Assembly (NCBI GenBank): GCA_038231435.1
Contig: JBBRLJ010000030.1
Span: 8,087 to 72,086, forward strand
Length of the DNA: 64,000 nucleotides
From: Planctomycetota bacterium
Lineage (GTDB): Bacteria > Planctomycetota > UBA11346
Reading direction: 5' to 3'
The notes below the pieces were generated by a model. It saw only the letters and a list, made by a program, of their open reading frames with translations, was not told where the DNA came from and made no database searches. A program made the position numbers and the translations under genes. Positions 27,545-37,480 of the stretch are shown one piece after another. Numbering within the stretch: position 1 is the first letter of the stretch; each line of letters starts with the position of its first letter.

Positions 27545-28678
27545 GTGCCCGACACCAAGGAACGTCTGCGTGAACTCGAGCGCAAGCTCGGCGAATTCTC
27601 GGGCCTGCTCTCGATCGACGCGAAGCTGGCCGAGATCGCCAAGCTCGAGGCGCGCATGTCCGAGCCCGATTTCTGGAACGACCAGGCACGGGCGAAGGGA
27701 CTGGTCGCGACCTCCAAGGGTCTGAAGGCTATCGCGGATCCGCACCAGGAGCTGACCCGCGGGGTCAAGGATGCGCTCGAGCTCCTGCAGATGGCCAAGG
27801 ACGAGGGCGACGCGCGCACCCTCGCCGACGTCGATGCCGAGATCGGCCGGCTCGAGCAGGCCTACAGCGCGCTCGAGCTCAAGCTGGCGCTGTCGGGCAA
27901 ATACGATCGCAGCGACGTGTTCATGACCATCCATCCCGGCGCGGGCGGCACCGAGAGCTGCGACTGGGCCGAGATGCTCTTCCGCATGTACTCCAATTAC
28001 TGCACCAAGGTCGGCTGGCGCTGCGAGGTATTGGAGATGCTCCCCGGCGACGGCGCTGGCCTCAAGAGCTGCACGCTGGCGATCAGCGGCGAGAACGTCT
28101 ATGGCTACCTGAAGAGCGAGATGGGCACCCATCGCCTGGTGCGCATCTCGCCCTTCGATTCCAACGCTCGCCGCCACACCAGCTTCACCGCGGTCGAGGT
28201 GACGCCCGAAGTCGACGAGGTCGGCGACGTGACTTTGGACGAGAAGGACCTACGCATCGACACCTACCGCGCCAGCGGCGCCGGCGGACAGCACGTCAAC
28301 AAGACCGACTCCGCGGTGCGCATCACCCATGTCCCGAGCGGATTGTTCGTTGCCTGCCAGGCTGAGAGAAGCCAGGTGCAGAACCGCATGACCGCGATGC
28401 GCATGCTCACCGCCAAGATGCAGCAGGTGAAGGAATCCGAGCGCCTCGAGGAGCTCGCCGACCTCAAGGGCCAGCGCGGCACCATCGGCTGGGGCCACCA
28501 GATCCGCTCCTACGTGATGATGCCCTACCAGATGGTGAAGGACCTGCGCACGCGCCACGAGACCAGCCAGATCCAGAACGTGCTCGACGGCGACATCCAA
28601 CCGTTCATCGATGAATACCTGCGCTGGCGCCTCGGTGGCAGCAAGGACATGCGCGGTTCTGGCGACGACGAGGAGTGA
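27545..28678 (+). CDS. prfB: Peptide chain release factor 2, uninterrupted reading frame
   Basis: GAGGTESCDWA, HRLVRISPFD (SPF), GAGGQHVNKTDSAVR, WGHQIRSY. Confidence 0.96.
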   Translation: MPDTKERLRELERKLGEFSGLLSIDAKLAEIAKLEARMSEPDFWNDQARAKGLVATSKGLKAIADPHQELTRGVKDALELLQMAKDEGDARTLADVDAEIGRLEQAYSALELKLALSGKYDRSDVFMTIHPGAGGTESCDWAEMLFRMYSNYCTKVGWRCEVLEMLPGDGAGLKSCTLAISGENVYGYLKSEMGTHRLVRISPFDSNARRHTSFTAVEVTPEVDEVGDVTLDEKDLRIDTYRASGAGGQHVNKTDSAVRITHVPSGLFVACQAERSQVQNRMTAMRMLTAKMQQVKESERLEELADLKGQRGTIGWGHQIRSYVMMPYQMVKDLRTRHETSQIQNVLDGDIQPFIDEYLRWRLGGSKDMRGSGDDEE

Positions 28679-28998
28679 CGGCGGCGGGCGCCGCCGCGTC
28701 CTCGCTGATCGATGCGGCGGCGCGCTGACGCCACGGTGCTTGGCCGTGGCGAGGATGGGTGCGCTCCTTCCCAGTGCAGGTCAGCACCGGCGGACCCACG
28801 CACTCGGCAAGGCCGTTGAACCGGCACGTATCGGAAGGCCTAGGCGCTGCCGAAGCGTGGCCGAGGTGTTGGGACGAGCGCCATGGATGAGTTGGCCGCC
28901 AGACACGCCCACCTCGCCGGCCGCAGTGTCGGCGTAACCACATCGCGATTCGTAGGGGTAATCCTTGGTAGCAGTTCCTCGAACACCTATCGTTCCGC

Positions 28999-30279
28999 AT
29001 GCTCGCAATGCTACGCGCCTCATTCCTATCCATCGCGGTGATGCTCCTGATCGGGTGCGCTTCGCCGCACGCTCATGCAGCATCGTGGAGCAACGGTCCG
29101 GATCTCCCTGATCCGATCGGAAGCGGACCGCAAGCGCTCTTGATGGGCAATGGCCGGGTGCTCGCCGTCGCGAGCGACGGGATGGGAGGGTATTTTTCTG
29201 CGGAGCTTCATACCGGAGCTTCTGGGCTGGCTTGGACGCGGATCCCGATCGCGCCAGGCACGGAACCGTCTCCCACCCAGACGTCTCCGGCGCTGGTCCT
29301 GCTCGCGGATGGACGGGTGCTCATGGCCGGGGGAGTGAACACGGCCGTTGCCGCCACGGCGCAGGTCATGGTCTATGATCCGGCCGGTCGTGCATGGGAT
29401 TCGGCCAACAGTATGTCGACTCCGAGGGCGAACCATGCGCTGGTCCGCTTGGCGGATGGTCGGGTATTGGTGATAGGCGGAGATGTCTCGACGTTGAATG
29501 GCCCTCGGACGCTCACGGCGGGGTGCGAGATCTACGATCCGTCACTCGACACCTGGTCAGCGACAGGTGCGTTGACTGTTCCGCGCGCGAATCATGCGGC
29601 CATCCTGCTTCCAGACGGCCACGTGCTGGTTTCGGGCGGCGTCACCGGGAGCGGCGTACTCATCAGCACGGTATCCGGATGTGAACGATTCGATCCAGCT
29701 TCCGGAACGTGGAGCTCCGTCGGGGCGATGGCACTCGATCGTTCGGGACACACGCTGACGCTGCTTCCCGATGGCGGAGCGCTAGCCGTTGGCGGGTATT
29801 CCCAGCCGAACTTGGGCAGCAATCCGGTGTCGACGGCGGAATGCGAACGCTTCTCCGCACTTTCCGGGACATGGACCGTCACCGCCTCCATGTCTATCGA
29901 CCGATCCTATCACGGCGCCATGGTGCTTGGCGATGGGCGCATCCTGGTGGCCGGGGGATATTCATCGACCTTGTCTGGCCCCTTGTCGGCGTGCGAGATA
30001 TTCGATCCCATCTCCTCGACGTGGACCGTTGGTCCGTCGATGTCTGATCCACGAACCGGACCCGCACTGGTGCGGATCGGAGACGGCCGCGCGATGGCTA
30101 TCGGTGGAAGCGGTACGGTCTCGCGTCAACCATCGACGGAGGTATTCACGCAGGTGTCATCGGGACGGGGGAAGAACTACTTCTGCGGCGTCGGCGGAGG
30201 CAGCTCGAGCATCCTCATCGGCCTTCCACTTTGGCTCATCCGCCGACGCGGCAGATTCCTCGCGGCCTCCGGACGCTGA
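28999..30279 (+). CDS. Secreted Kelch-repeat beta-propeller protein with C-terminal membrane anchor
   Basis: Repeated L.DGRVL..GG / E.YDP...W units; signal peptide; C-terminal CGVGGG + hydrophobic + RRRGR. Confidence 0.85.
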   Translation: MLAMLRASFLSIAVMLLIGCASPHAHAASWSNGPDLPDPIGSGPQALLMGNGRVLAVASDGMGGYFSAELHTGASGLAWTRIPIAPGTEPSPTQTSPALVLLADGRVLMAGGVNTAVAATAQVMVYDPAGRAWDSANSMSTPRANHALVRLADGRVLVIGGDVSTLNGPRTLTAGCEIYDPSLDTWSATGALTVPRANHAAILLPDGHVLVSGGVTGSGVLISTVSGCERFDPASGTWSSVGAMALDRSGHTLTLLPDGGALAVGGYSQPNLGSNPVSTAECERFSALSGTWTVTASMSIDRSYHGAMVLGDGRILVAGGYSSTLSGPLSACEIFDPISSTWTVGPSMSDPRTGPALVRIGDGRAMAIGGSGTVSRQPSTEVFTQVSSGRGKNYFCGVGGGSSSILIGLPLWLIRRRGRFLAASGR

Positions 30280-30291
30280 TGCGGATCGTAC

Positions 30292-31173
30292 TCAGAAGTT
30301 CCAGGTCACCGCGATCGACTTCTCATCTGGCCCGAAGACCGGGCTGATGGTGAGGTCGTGCTTCGAACGGTGCAGGTATTCGACGGCGGTGGCCGAGAAA
30401 TAGCCCAGCACCGCGCCGGTGAACGCGTCGGAGGCCCAGTGTGCGTCGTCGTTCATGCGCGATAACCCAACGCCGGTGGCCAGGGTGTAGGCGAGCAGCG
30501 GGATCCCCGGAACCGCCTTCCATTCATCCGCGACGATGGTCGCGAACGCGAAAGCGGCGGTGGTGTGTCCCGAGGGGAACGAGTGATTGCCGTGGCCCTT
30601 GGGCCCGCCCCACGCATCGCGTCCGGCGCCGGTGTCGGGACGAGGACGGCTGGTGAGCAGCTGCAGGCCTTCGTAGCCGAGGCCGGCGAAGATCATGCTC
30701 TCGCCGCCGAGCAGCGCGGTGCGCTTCACGCGTTCGTCATCGACGAAGGGCGAGGCGATCGCGAAGCCGACCAGGCCGATGGCCACGTACTCGCGGCCGA
30801 ACGGCTTCACCAGCTTGGCGACGCGGTTGGTCGTCTGGCTGCGCCGGCGCTGCATCCAGCCTTGGATGCGCTCGTCCTCGGCGTACAGGGCGATGCCGAC
30901 ACCCGCGACCGCCGCGGCCTCGCCCCATTCGCTCGCCGACCAGCGCGCGGGCGCAGTGACGATGCGGCCGGCGTCGCCGGGGATGCTGCTGAAGAAGTGC
31001 GCGTTCCAACCCACGTCGTCGCTGGAGTCGGAGGGATCGGATCCATGCATCCGCGGAGTCTCGTCCAGCGACCGTCGTGCGCTGGCACTTTCCGCGTCGA
31101 CGGCGAAAACGGTGGTGGGAGCGATGGCAACAGCCAGCAGCGCACAAGCGGCGCAGGCGCGGATCTGGGACAT
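30292..31173 (-). CDS. PAP2 family phosphatase
   Basis: RPRP, SFPSGHT, SRMNDDAHWASD. Confidence 0.88.
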   Translation of the reverse strand: MSQIRACAACALLAVAIAPTTVFAVDAESASARRSLDETPRMHGSDPSDSSDDVGWNAHFFSSIPGDAGRIVTAPARWSASEWGEAAAVAGVGIALYAEDERIQGWMQRRRSQTTNRVAKLVKPFGREYVAIGLVGFAIASPFVDDERVKRTALLGGESMIFAGLGYEGLQLLTSRPRPDTGAGRDAWGGPKGHGNHSFPSGHTTAAFAFATIVADEWKAVPGIPLLAYTLATGVGLSRMNDDAHWASDAFTGAVLGYFSATAVEYLHRSKHDLTISPVFGPDEKSIAVTWNF

Positions 31174-31410
31174 GGTCACCCGGGAACGAGGTACGAGGAA
31201 TTCGAGGGGGAAGCGGGGCGGCAGCATCGGCTCACCGTGATGCGGTGGAAGGGGCAGGTGGCACCGAGCGTCGCGCCATCGGCGGGGTCGTGTGTTACTC
31301 GCGGCGACAGGTGCCTGGATTGACCAGCGGTTCTCATCATCGTCTCATGCGGGCCTGGTAGAAGACTGTCATACCACGGGTCATCGCACCCGCATCCAAA
31401 CGGAGGTTTC

Positions 31411-31782
31411 ATGTCGTTCAGTTCATTCCCCGTCCGCACCCTCGCCACCGCGCTGCTGTGTGGAGGTCTCCTCGCCTCGAGCGCCTTCGCCGAGGAAAAG
31501 GACGAGAAGCTCACCGAGGCCCAGCTCCCCGCCGCTGTGAAGGCGACGCTCGTCAAGGAAGCCAAAGGCGCCGTGCTCAGCGAGTTCGAGAAGGAGACCA
31601 AGAAGGGCAAGTCCGTCTACACCGCCGAGATCCCCGGCACCGATGCCGGCACCGTCATCGAGCTCACCGTCGCCGAGGACGGCACCTTCATCGGCAAGGA
31701 GACCGAGAAGCAGGACGCCGACGAGAAGGATGAAAAGGGTGAGAAAAAGGGCGAGAAGAAGGACGAGAAGGGCGAGCACTGA
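31411..31782 (+). CDS. Small secreted PepSY/BLIP-like protein
   Basis: Signal peptide; QLPAAVKATL..YTAEI..ELTVAEDG; acidic/basic tail; precedes a two-component pair. Confidence 0.7.
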   Translation: MSFSSFPVRTLATALLCGGLLASSAFAEEKDEKLTEAQLPAAVKATLVKEAKGAVLSEFEKETKKGKSVYTAEIPGTDAGTVIELTVAEDGTFIGKETEKQDADEKDEKGEKKGEKKDEKGEH

Positions 31783-31858
31783 GATCAGACGGCAGCCCGG
31801 CACGCACCGCGAGGTCGTGCCGGGCCGCCATCCTCTTGTTCAACGTCGGACCATAGTC

Positions 31859-32533
31859 ATGCGCGCCCTCATAGTCGAAGATTACGCGCCGCAGCGTGCG
31901 GCGCTGACGCTGGGCCTCAAGGACGCCGGTTGGGCCGTCGATGCCAGCGGAGACGGAAACGAAGGGCTGTGGTTCGCCCGCTCGCATCCCTACGACCTCA
32001 TCGTCCTCGATCTGATGCTTCCCGGCCTGGATGGATTCTCGATCCTCGAAACCTTGCGCGCTGAAGGGCGGACCACGCCGGTCCTGATCCTCACCGCGAA
32101 GGACGCGGTCGCCGATCGCGTCCGCGGGCTCGATCTCGGCGCCGACGACTACCTGGTCAAACCCTTCGCCTTCGATGAATTCCTCGCTCGCGTGCGCGCA
32201 CTCTCGCGGCGCGGTTCCCAGGACACCAGCGCGATCGTGCAGGTCGAGGACCTGCGCATCGACACCGCTTCGCGCAAGGTCAGGCGCGGCGACGACGATA
32301 TCGACCTGTCGGCGCGAGAATACGCGCTGCTGCTGTACCTCGCCCGGCGCGCCGGGCAGCTGGTCACGCGCCAAGACATCTGGGAGCACACCTACGACTT
32401 CGCCTCGGACACCAACAGCAACGTCGTCGACGTCTACATCGGCTACCTGCGTCGCAAGATCGAGCGCGACGGAGCGAAGCGGCTGATCCACACCAAGCGT
32501 GGCCATGGCTACCTGCTCGGCGGCGACGGATGA
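31859..32533 (+). CDS. OmpR-family response regulator
   Basis: DLMLPGLDG, GADDYLVKPF, SNVVDVYIGYLRRK, TKRGHGY. Confidence 0.93.
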   Translation: MRALIVEDYAPQRAALTLGLKDAGWAVDASGDGNEGLWFARSHPYDLIVLDLMLPGLDGFSILETLRAEGRTTPVLILTAKDAVADRVRGLDLGADDYLVKPFAFDEFLARVRALSRRGSQDTSAIVQVEDLRIDTASRKVRRGDDDIDLSAREYALLLYLARRAGQLVTRQDIWEHTYDFASDTNSNVVDVYIGYLRRKIERDGAKRLIHTKRGHGYLLGGDG

Positions 32534-33924
32534 TGACCATCCGCCGCCGCGTGCTGGTCGCCAGTACCGCCACCGCGATCGCTTCGCTCGCCATCGCGAG
32601 CATCGCCATCTATCTGCTGGTCCGCGCCTCGATGGTGGCCGAGTTCGATGCCGGACTCGCCGCCAGGGCGCAGGTGCTGGCGGCGCTGGTCGAGTTCGAC
32701 GACGAGAGCGGCGAGTACGAATTCCATGCTCCCGATGCGAGTGCCGACGACGTCGCCTACCAGATCCGTTCCCAGCAGGGCCGGGTGATCGCGAGTCAGG
32801 GCGACGCGCCGTTGCTCGCCGCCTTGGCCGTGGCGATACCCCAGTCGCCGCACGCCCAGGCGCGGCAGATGGCGAACGGCAGGCGGATCCGCGTCCTGGC
32901 GATGGCCGGACACGTGAAGTTGGAGGGGGAGCATCATGCGGCGGCGGATCATCAGGATCTGGTCGTCGAGGTGGTCCATGACACCCGTCTGCTCGACCGT
33001 GATCTGTGGCGCCTAGCGCTGGTGCTGATCGGGGTGGCGAGTGGCATCAGCATCGCTTCCGGCCTTGCGCTCTCGGTCGCCTTGAAGGCCGCCCTGCGCC
33101 CACTCGCGCGGCTCGCCACGGATATCGCCGCGCTCGATGGCAAGTCGCTCGATCGGCGTATCGATGGATCGATGGCGCCCGGCGAACTGCTGCCGATCGT
33201 CGGCCGTCTGAACGATCTCCTCGCGCGCATCGAGAACGACGTGCGGAAGGAGAAATCGTTCAACGCGGCGATAGCCCATGAGCTGCGCACTCCGCTCGGC
33301 GGGCTGAGATCCACGCTCGAGGTCAACCTCGGGCGCGAGGGGAATGCCGTCGACTACCGTCAGGCGCTCCTCACCTGCCACGGCATCTGCCTGGACATGA
33401 ACGTCATGGTCGAACGCCTGCTCATGCTGTCTAAGGCGGAGGCAGGCCAGATCCTGGCGGCCTTGGCCGACACCGATCTCGCCGCCATCGCGCGCGATTG
33501 CTGGAACGAAGCGAGGGAGAAGGCGCGGCTGCGCGCGGCGCGGATCGAGGGCTCGTGGAGCGAGCCGGTGGTGGCGCACAGCGATCCGGCCCTGGTGCGC
33601 ATCGTGCTGTCGAACCTGGTGGACAACGCCCTGAGCCACGGTGCCGAGGGCGGCGTCATCAAGATCGAGGTCGCCGCGCGAGGAGACAGCGCGATCGTGC
33701 GCATGGGCAACGCGGCGCCCGGTCTGACCGCGGAGCAGGCGACGCATGCCTTCGACCGGTTCTGGCGGGCAGATCAGGCGCGCACCCAGACCGGCGAGCA
33801 CTACGGACTCGGCATGGCGCTCTGCCGCGATCTGATCGCGATCCTCGGCGGCACGATCACCGCCGGCTGCGAAGCGGGATGGTTCCAGGTCGAGATGGTG
33901 CTGCCGCGGCGATCTTCGACCTGA
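32530..33924 (+). CDS. Membrane sensor histidine kinase (HAMP)
   Basis: Two TMs, AHELRTPL, NLVDNA, FDRFWRAD, GLGMAL. Confidence 0.92.
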   Translation: MMTIRRRVLVASTATAIASLAIASIAIYLLVRASMVAEFDAGLAARAQVLAALVEFDDESGEYEFHAPDASADDVAYQIRSQQGRVIASQGDAPLLAALAVAIPQSPHAQARQMANGRRIRVLAMAGHVKLEGEHHAAADHQDLVVEVVHDTRLLDRDLWRLALVLIGVASGISIASGLALSVALKAALRPLARLATDIAALDGKSLDRRIDGSMAPGELLPIVGRLNDLLARIENDVRKEKSFNAAIAHELRTPLGGLRSTLEVNLGREGNAVDYRQALLTCHGICLDMNVMVERLLMLSKAEAGQILAALADTDLAAIARDCWNEAREKARLRAARIEGSWSEPVVAHSDPALVRIVLSNLVDNALSHGAEGGVIKIEVAARGDSAIVRMGNAAPGLTAEQATHAFDRFWRADQARTQTGEHYGLGMALCRDLIAILGGTITAGCEAGWFQVEMVLPRRSST

Positions 33925-33968
33925 GCACGCCGCCGCGCGAGCCGCGTCCGTGGCCGTTACGACGCACG

Positions 33969-34811
33969 CTATCGCGCGAGCCACTCCGCGATCGCGGCGA
34001 CCTGGGTGAACCCATCGGCGACGAAGAGCACCGGCTGTCGGCTCGTAGGATCGTACGCCAAGCGAGTCATGGCATCGAGATCAAACCGCCTGAGCTCGGG
34101 ACCGTCGGCGAAGCCGGCGAGCTCGTCCGCGCCAGAGAGCAATCCCGCGCCGTACGCCTTGAGCGCTCCACCTTCGCGCACCAGGCCGAATTCGAGCGTG
34201 TACCAGTAGACCCGCTCGAGTTCGACCATGCGCGCGTCGTCGGCGCGCACCGCGGCCAGCCCGAACGCACGGTTGAGGGCGGCGTAGACCGGATCGACGA
34301 AGGTCGCGGCATGGCCGATCAGCTCGTGCACCACGTCCGGCTCGGGGGTGTACAGCGGGCGGCTGTGGTGGCGGATGTACTGGGTGGACAGGAACACGTC
34401 CATGCCGAGGTATTCGAGGAAGCGTCTGGCCGAGACCAGGCCCGCAATCGGGGCCATGCGGAATCCGCTCACCGGCTGGATGCGCTGGTTGATCTCGCGC
34501 AGTTGCGGAATGCGCTCGTGGTCGATCCGCAGCGCGGCTGCGCAAGCGAGGTACTCGGCACAGGCGAACCGCTCGTGCAGGGGCGACAGATGCCGCCAGA
34601 TCGCGCTCCACACTCCATGCTCCTCCTCCGTATAGGGCGCGTCGAGAACCTCGCCCTGGGCCCGATGTCCGAGCGCCAGCGCGGCGATGAGGTTGCGGCG
34701 TTGACGGTATTCCCGATCACGGAAGCCCGGGTGGTCTGGGTCGAGCACCACCAGGTCTCCGAGTCCGCCTGCGTGCGGCAAGTCCGTGCGACCAGTTCGC
34801 GGTGCGCTCAT
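33969..34811 (-). CDS. phhA: Phenylalanine 4-monooxygenase (aromatic amino acid hydroxylase)
   Basis: DHPGFRD..YRQRR, STQYIRH, YTPEPDVVHELIGH, YWYTLEFGL, AYGAGLLS. Confidence 0.9.
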   Translation of the reverse strand: MSAPRTGRTDLPHAGGLGDLVVLDPDHPGFRDREYRQRRNLIAALALGHRAQGEVLDAPYTEEEHGVWSAIWRHLSPLHERFACAEYLACAAALRIDHERIPQLREINQRIQPVSGFRMAPIAGLVSARRFLEYLGMDVFLSTQYIRHHSRPLYTPEPDVVHELIGHAATFVDPVYAALNRAFGLAAVRADDARMVELERVYWYTLEFGLVREGGALKAYGAGLLSGADELAGFADGPELRRFDLDAMTRLAYDPTSRQPVLFVADGFTQVAAIAEWLAR

Positions 34812-34869
34812 GCCGCCCTCATCGATGCTCGACGTGTCCAGGCGGGATGAGCCCATGCTGAATCAGATT

Positions 34870-34885
34870 AGCAACCGGCGTGCCA
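34870..34885 (-). promoter_or_regulatory. Sigma-54 (-24/-12) promoter for phhA
   Basis: Minus strand TGGCAC-GCCGG-TTGCT equals the consensus TGGCAC-N5-TTGC(A/T). Confidence 0.7.
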
Positions 34886-35018
34886 GGGCCAGCCAGACAG
34901 CGCATCCACAAGATTATACAAACTTCCACCATGGGGACCGTACGACATTGCGGGGAAAACCTGAGCTTTCAGGATCAGGCCAACTGACCGACTACACCGG
35001 AACGCGAGATCGAGACCG

Positions 35019-36758
35019 ATGCCGAAGTCCAAGGCTCCTGATGTGACCTCTATATTGCCAAAGGCGCCGACCGGCATGAGCGGGTTCGATGACCTTACCG
35101 GAGGGGGCCTGCCGCGCGGCAGGCCCTCGCTGGTGTGCGGCGCCGCTGGCTGCGGTAAGACGCTCTTTGCCATGCAGTTCCTGGTCAACGGGGCGCGTGA
35201 CCAGCGCGAGCCGGGAGTGTATTTCGCCTTCGAGGAGACCGCCGAGGAGTTGGCGATGAACGTCGCCTCGATCGGTTACGACATCGCCGGGCTGGTCGGG
35301 AAGAAGCAACTGATCGTCGATCACGTGCGCATCGAGCGTAGTGAGATCACCGAGACCGGCGAGTTCGACCTCGAGGGTCTGTTCATCCGCCTCGGGCATG
35401 CGATCGACGAGATCGGGGCCAAGCGGGTGGTCCTCGACACCCTCGAGGTGTTGTTCAGTGCGCTGCCCAACGAAGCCATCGTCCGCGCCGAACTGCGCCG
35501 CCTGTTCCGCTGGCTGAAAGACCGGCAAGTGACCGCGGTGATCACCGCCGAACGCGGCAGCGGCACGCTCACGCGCTACGGCATCGAGGAATACGTCTCG
35601 GATTGCGTGGTGATGCTCGACCACCGCGTCACCGAGGAGATCTCGACGCGGCGGTTGCGCATCGTGAAATACCGCGGTTCTGCCCACGCCACCAACGAGT
35701 TTCCGTTCCTGATCGACGCGCACGGCTTCTCGGTGCTGCCGATCACCTCCATTGGCCTCGATCATGGTGCCCCGACCGATCGGGCATCGACGGGGATCCC
35801 GCGGCTCGACACCATGATGGGCGGGAAAGGATATTTTCGAGGCAGCAGCATTCTCATTTCAGGCACCGCGGGCACCGGCAAGAGCAGCCTGGCCTCGTGG
35901 ATCGCCGCCGCGGCTAGCAGGCGCGGCGAGCGCTGCTTGTATTTCGCCTTCGAGGAATCACAGGACCAGATCGTGCGCAACATGCGCTCGATCGGCAACG
36001 ACCTCGCGCCGCTGATCGACGGAGGGAAGCTGCGCATCCACGCCGCGCGTTCCTCGGTGCACGGGCTCGAGATGCATCTGGTGACCATGATCGCCGAGAT
36101 CGAGCGCTTCAAGCCGAGCATGGTGGTGCTCGATCCCATCTCGAATTTCATCGCCGCGGGAACCACCAACGAGGTGAAGGCGATGCTCACCCGGTTGATC
36201 GATCTGCTCAAGGACAGTGACATCACCGGCGTATTCACCAGCCTGACCTTTGGCGGCAGCGCGCTCGAGCAGACCGAGACCACCATCTCGTCGCTGATGG
36301 ACGCCTGGATCCTGGTACGCATGTACGAGACCGACGGCGAGCGCAACCGCGGCTTGGTGATCCTGAAATCCCGTGGCATGCCCCACTCCAACCAGGTGCG
36401 CGAGTTCATCCTCGACGGCACGGGCATCAACCTGATAGACGTCTACCTGGGCGCCGAGGGCGTGCTGATGGGCTCCGCGCGGGTCGCCCGCGAGGCGCGA
36501 GAGTCGGCATCGGTGCTGTCCGCCGAGGAACAGGAGACCCGGAGACGGCGCGTAGTGGAGCGCAAACGCGCCGCCATTGAGGCGCGGATCGAACTGTTGC
36601 ACGCCGAACTCGAGTCCGAACACGACGACGTCCAGCACGGCGATGTCATCGAGCGTTCGCGCACCGCGGCAGCGGGCGAGGCGCGCTCGCGCATGGCGTC
36701 CATGCGCAGTGCCGACGCGGCGGACCCTGGCCTGGCCCCACCCAGGAGGCGTCGGTGA
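35019..36758 (+). CDS. kaiC: KaiC-family double-domain ATPase/kinase
   Basis: Two RecA-like domains: [12 protein letters not shown] and [41 protein letters not shown]. Confidence 0.93.
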   Translation: MPKSKAPDVTSILPKAPTGMSGFDDLTGGGLPRGRPSLVCGAAGCGKTLFAMQFLVNGARDQREPGVYFAFEETAEELAMNVASIGYDIAGLVGKKQLIVDHVRIERSEITETGEFDLEGLFIRLGHAIDEIGAKRVVLDTLEVLFSALPNEAIVRAELRRLFRWLKDRQVTAVITAERGSGTLTRYGIEEYVSDCVVMLDHRVTEEISTRRLRIVKYRGSAHATNEFPFLIDAHGFSVLPITSIGLDHGAPTDRASTGIPRLDTMMGGKGYFRGSSILISGTAGTGKSSLASWIAAAASRRGERCLYFAFEESQDQIVRNMRSIGNDLAPLIDGGKLRIHAARSSVHGLEMHLVTMIAEIERFKPSMVVLDPISNFIAAGTTNEVKAMLTRLIDLLKDSDITGVFTSLTFGGSALEQTETTISSLMDAWILVRMYETDGERNRGLVILKSRGMPHSNQVREFILDGTGINLIDVYLGAEGVLMGSARVAREARESASVLSAEEQETRRRRVVERKRAAIEARIELLHAELESEHDDVQHGDVIERSRTAAAGEARSRMASMRSADAADPGLAPPRRRR

Positions 36759-37087
36759 CTCCCGTGGCCAAGCGGATGCCCGCTGCGCGCAAGAAGCTGC
36801 AAGGCCCCGCAGCCTGGGAGATGCGGCTGTACGTGGCGGGACAGACCGCGAGGTCGGTCACCGCGTTCGCGAACCTCAAGAAGATCTGCGAGGAGCACCT
36901 CGCGGGCGAGTACAGTATCGAGGTCATCGATCTGCTGGTGAATCCGCGCTTGGCGAAGGGTGACCAGATCCTCGCCATCCCCACCCTGGTGAGGCGCCTG
37001 CCGGAGCCTGTGCGCAATATCATAGGCGATCTCTCGAACACCGAGGCCGTGCTCGTCGGTCTCGACATGCGTCCGCGAAAACCGTAG
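36755..37087 (+). CDS. kaiB: KaiB family protein
   Basis: [38 protein letters not shown]. Confidence 0.92.
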   Translation: MTPVAKRMPAARKKLQGPAAWEMRLYVAGQTARSVTAFANLKKICEEHLAGEYSIEVIDLLVNPRLAKGDQILAIPTLVRRLPEPVRNIIGDLSNTEAVLVGLDMRPRKP

Positions 37088-37119
37088 GTTCACGCCCCAC
37101 GCGGGGGAGGATCGGGGAC

Positions 37120-37470
37120 ATGGCCAAGCCGATCAGGAGCGCGCGCGGGAGGTCCCGTGCCTCGCCTGCGTCTACTTTCGAACAAGGTGTCGCCCAGCGC
37201 GTTCATGTGTTCACGCTCTACGTCGCCGGTCTGGGCGAGGTCTCGCGTCGTGCGGTCGAGAACGTACGGAAGGTATGCGAAGCCCGGCTGCACGGCCGCT
37301 TCACGCTCGATGTGGTCGATGTTTATCAGCATCCAGACATCGCCAAACGCGACGACATCGTGGCGCTGCCGTCCCTGGTGAGATCCTCGCCAGCGCCGCG
37401 GCGCGTGCTCATCGGGGACATGTCAAACCTTCAGCATGTCCTGATTGGGTTACAACTTCCGGAACCGTAA
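37120..37470 (+). CDS. kaiB: Second KaiB family protein
   Basis: FTLYVAG..LDVVDVYQHP..IVALPSLVR..LIGDMS. Confidence 0.85.
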   Translation: MAKPIRSARGRSRASPASTFEQGVAQRVHVFTLYVAGLGEVSRRAVENVRKVCEARLHGRFTLDVVDVYQHPDIAKRDDIVALPSLVRSSPAPRRVLIGDMSNLQHVLIGLQLPEP

Positions 37471-37480
37471 ACCATCCGTC

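Noticed and set aside
34940..35000. c-di-GMP riboswitch upstream of kaiC
   Set aside because: Only a GGAAAAC-like start and a short hairpin; GNRA loop, receptor and P1 pairing are absent
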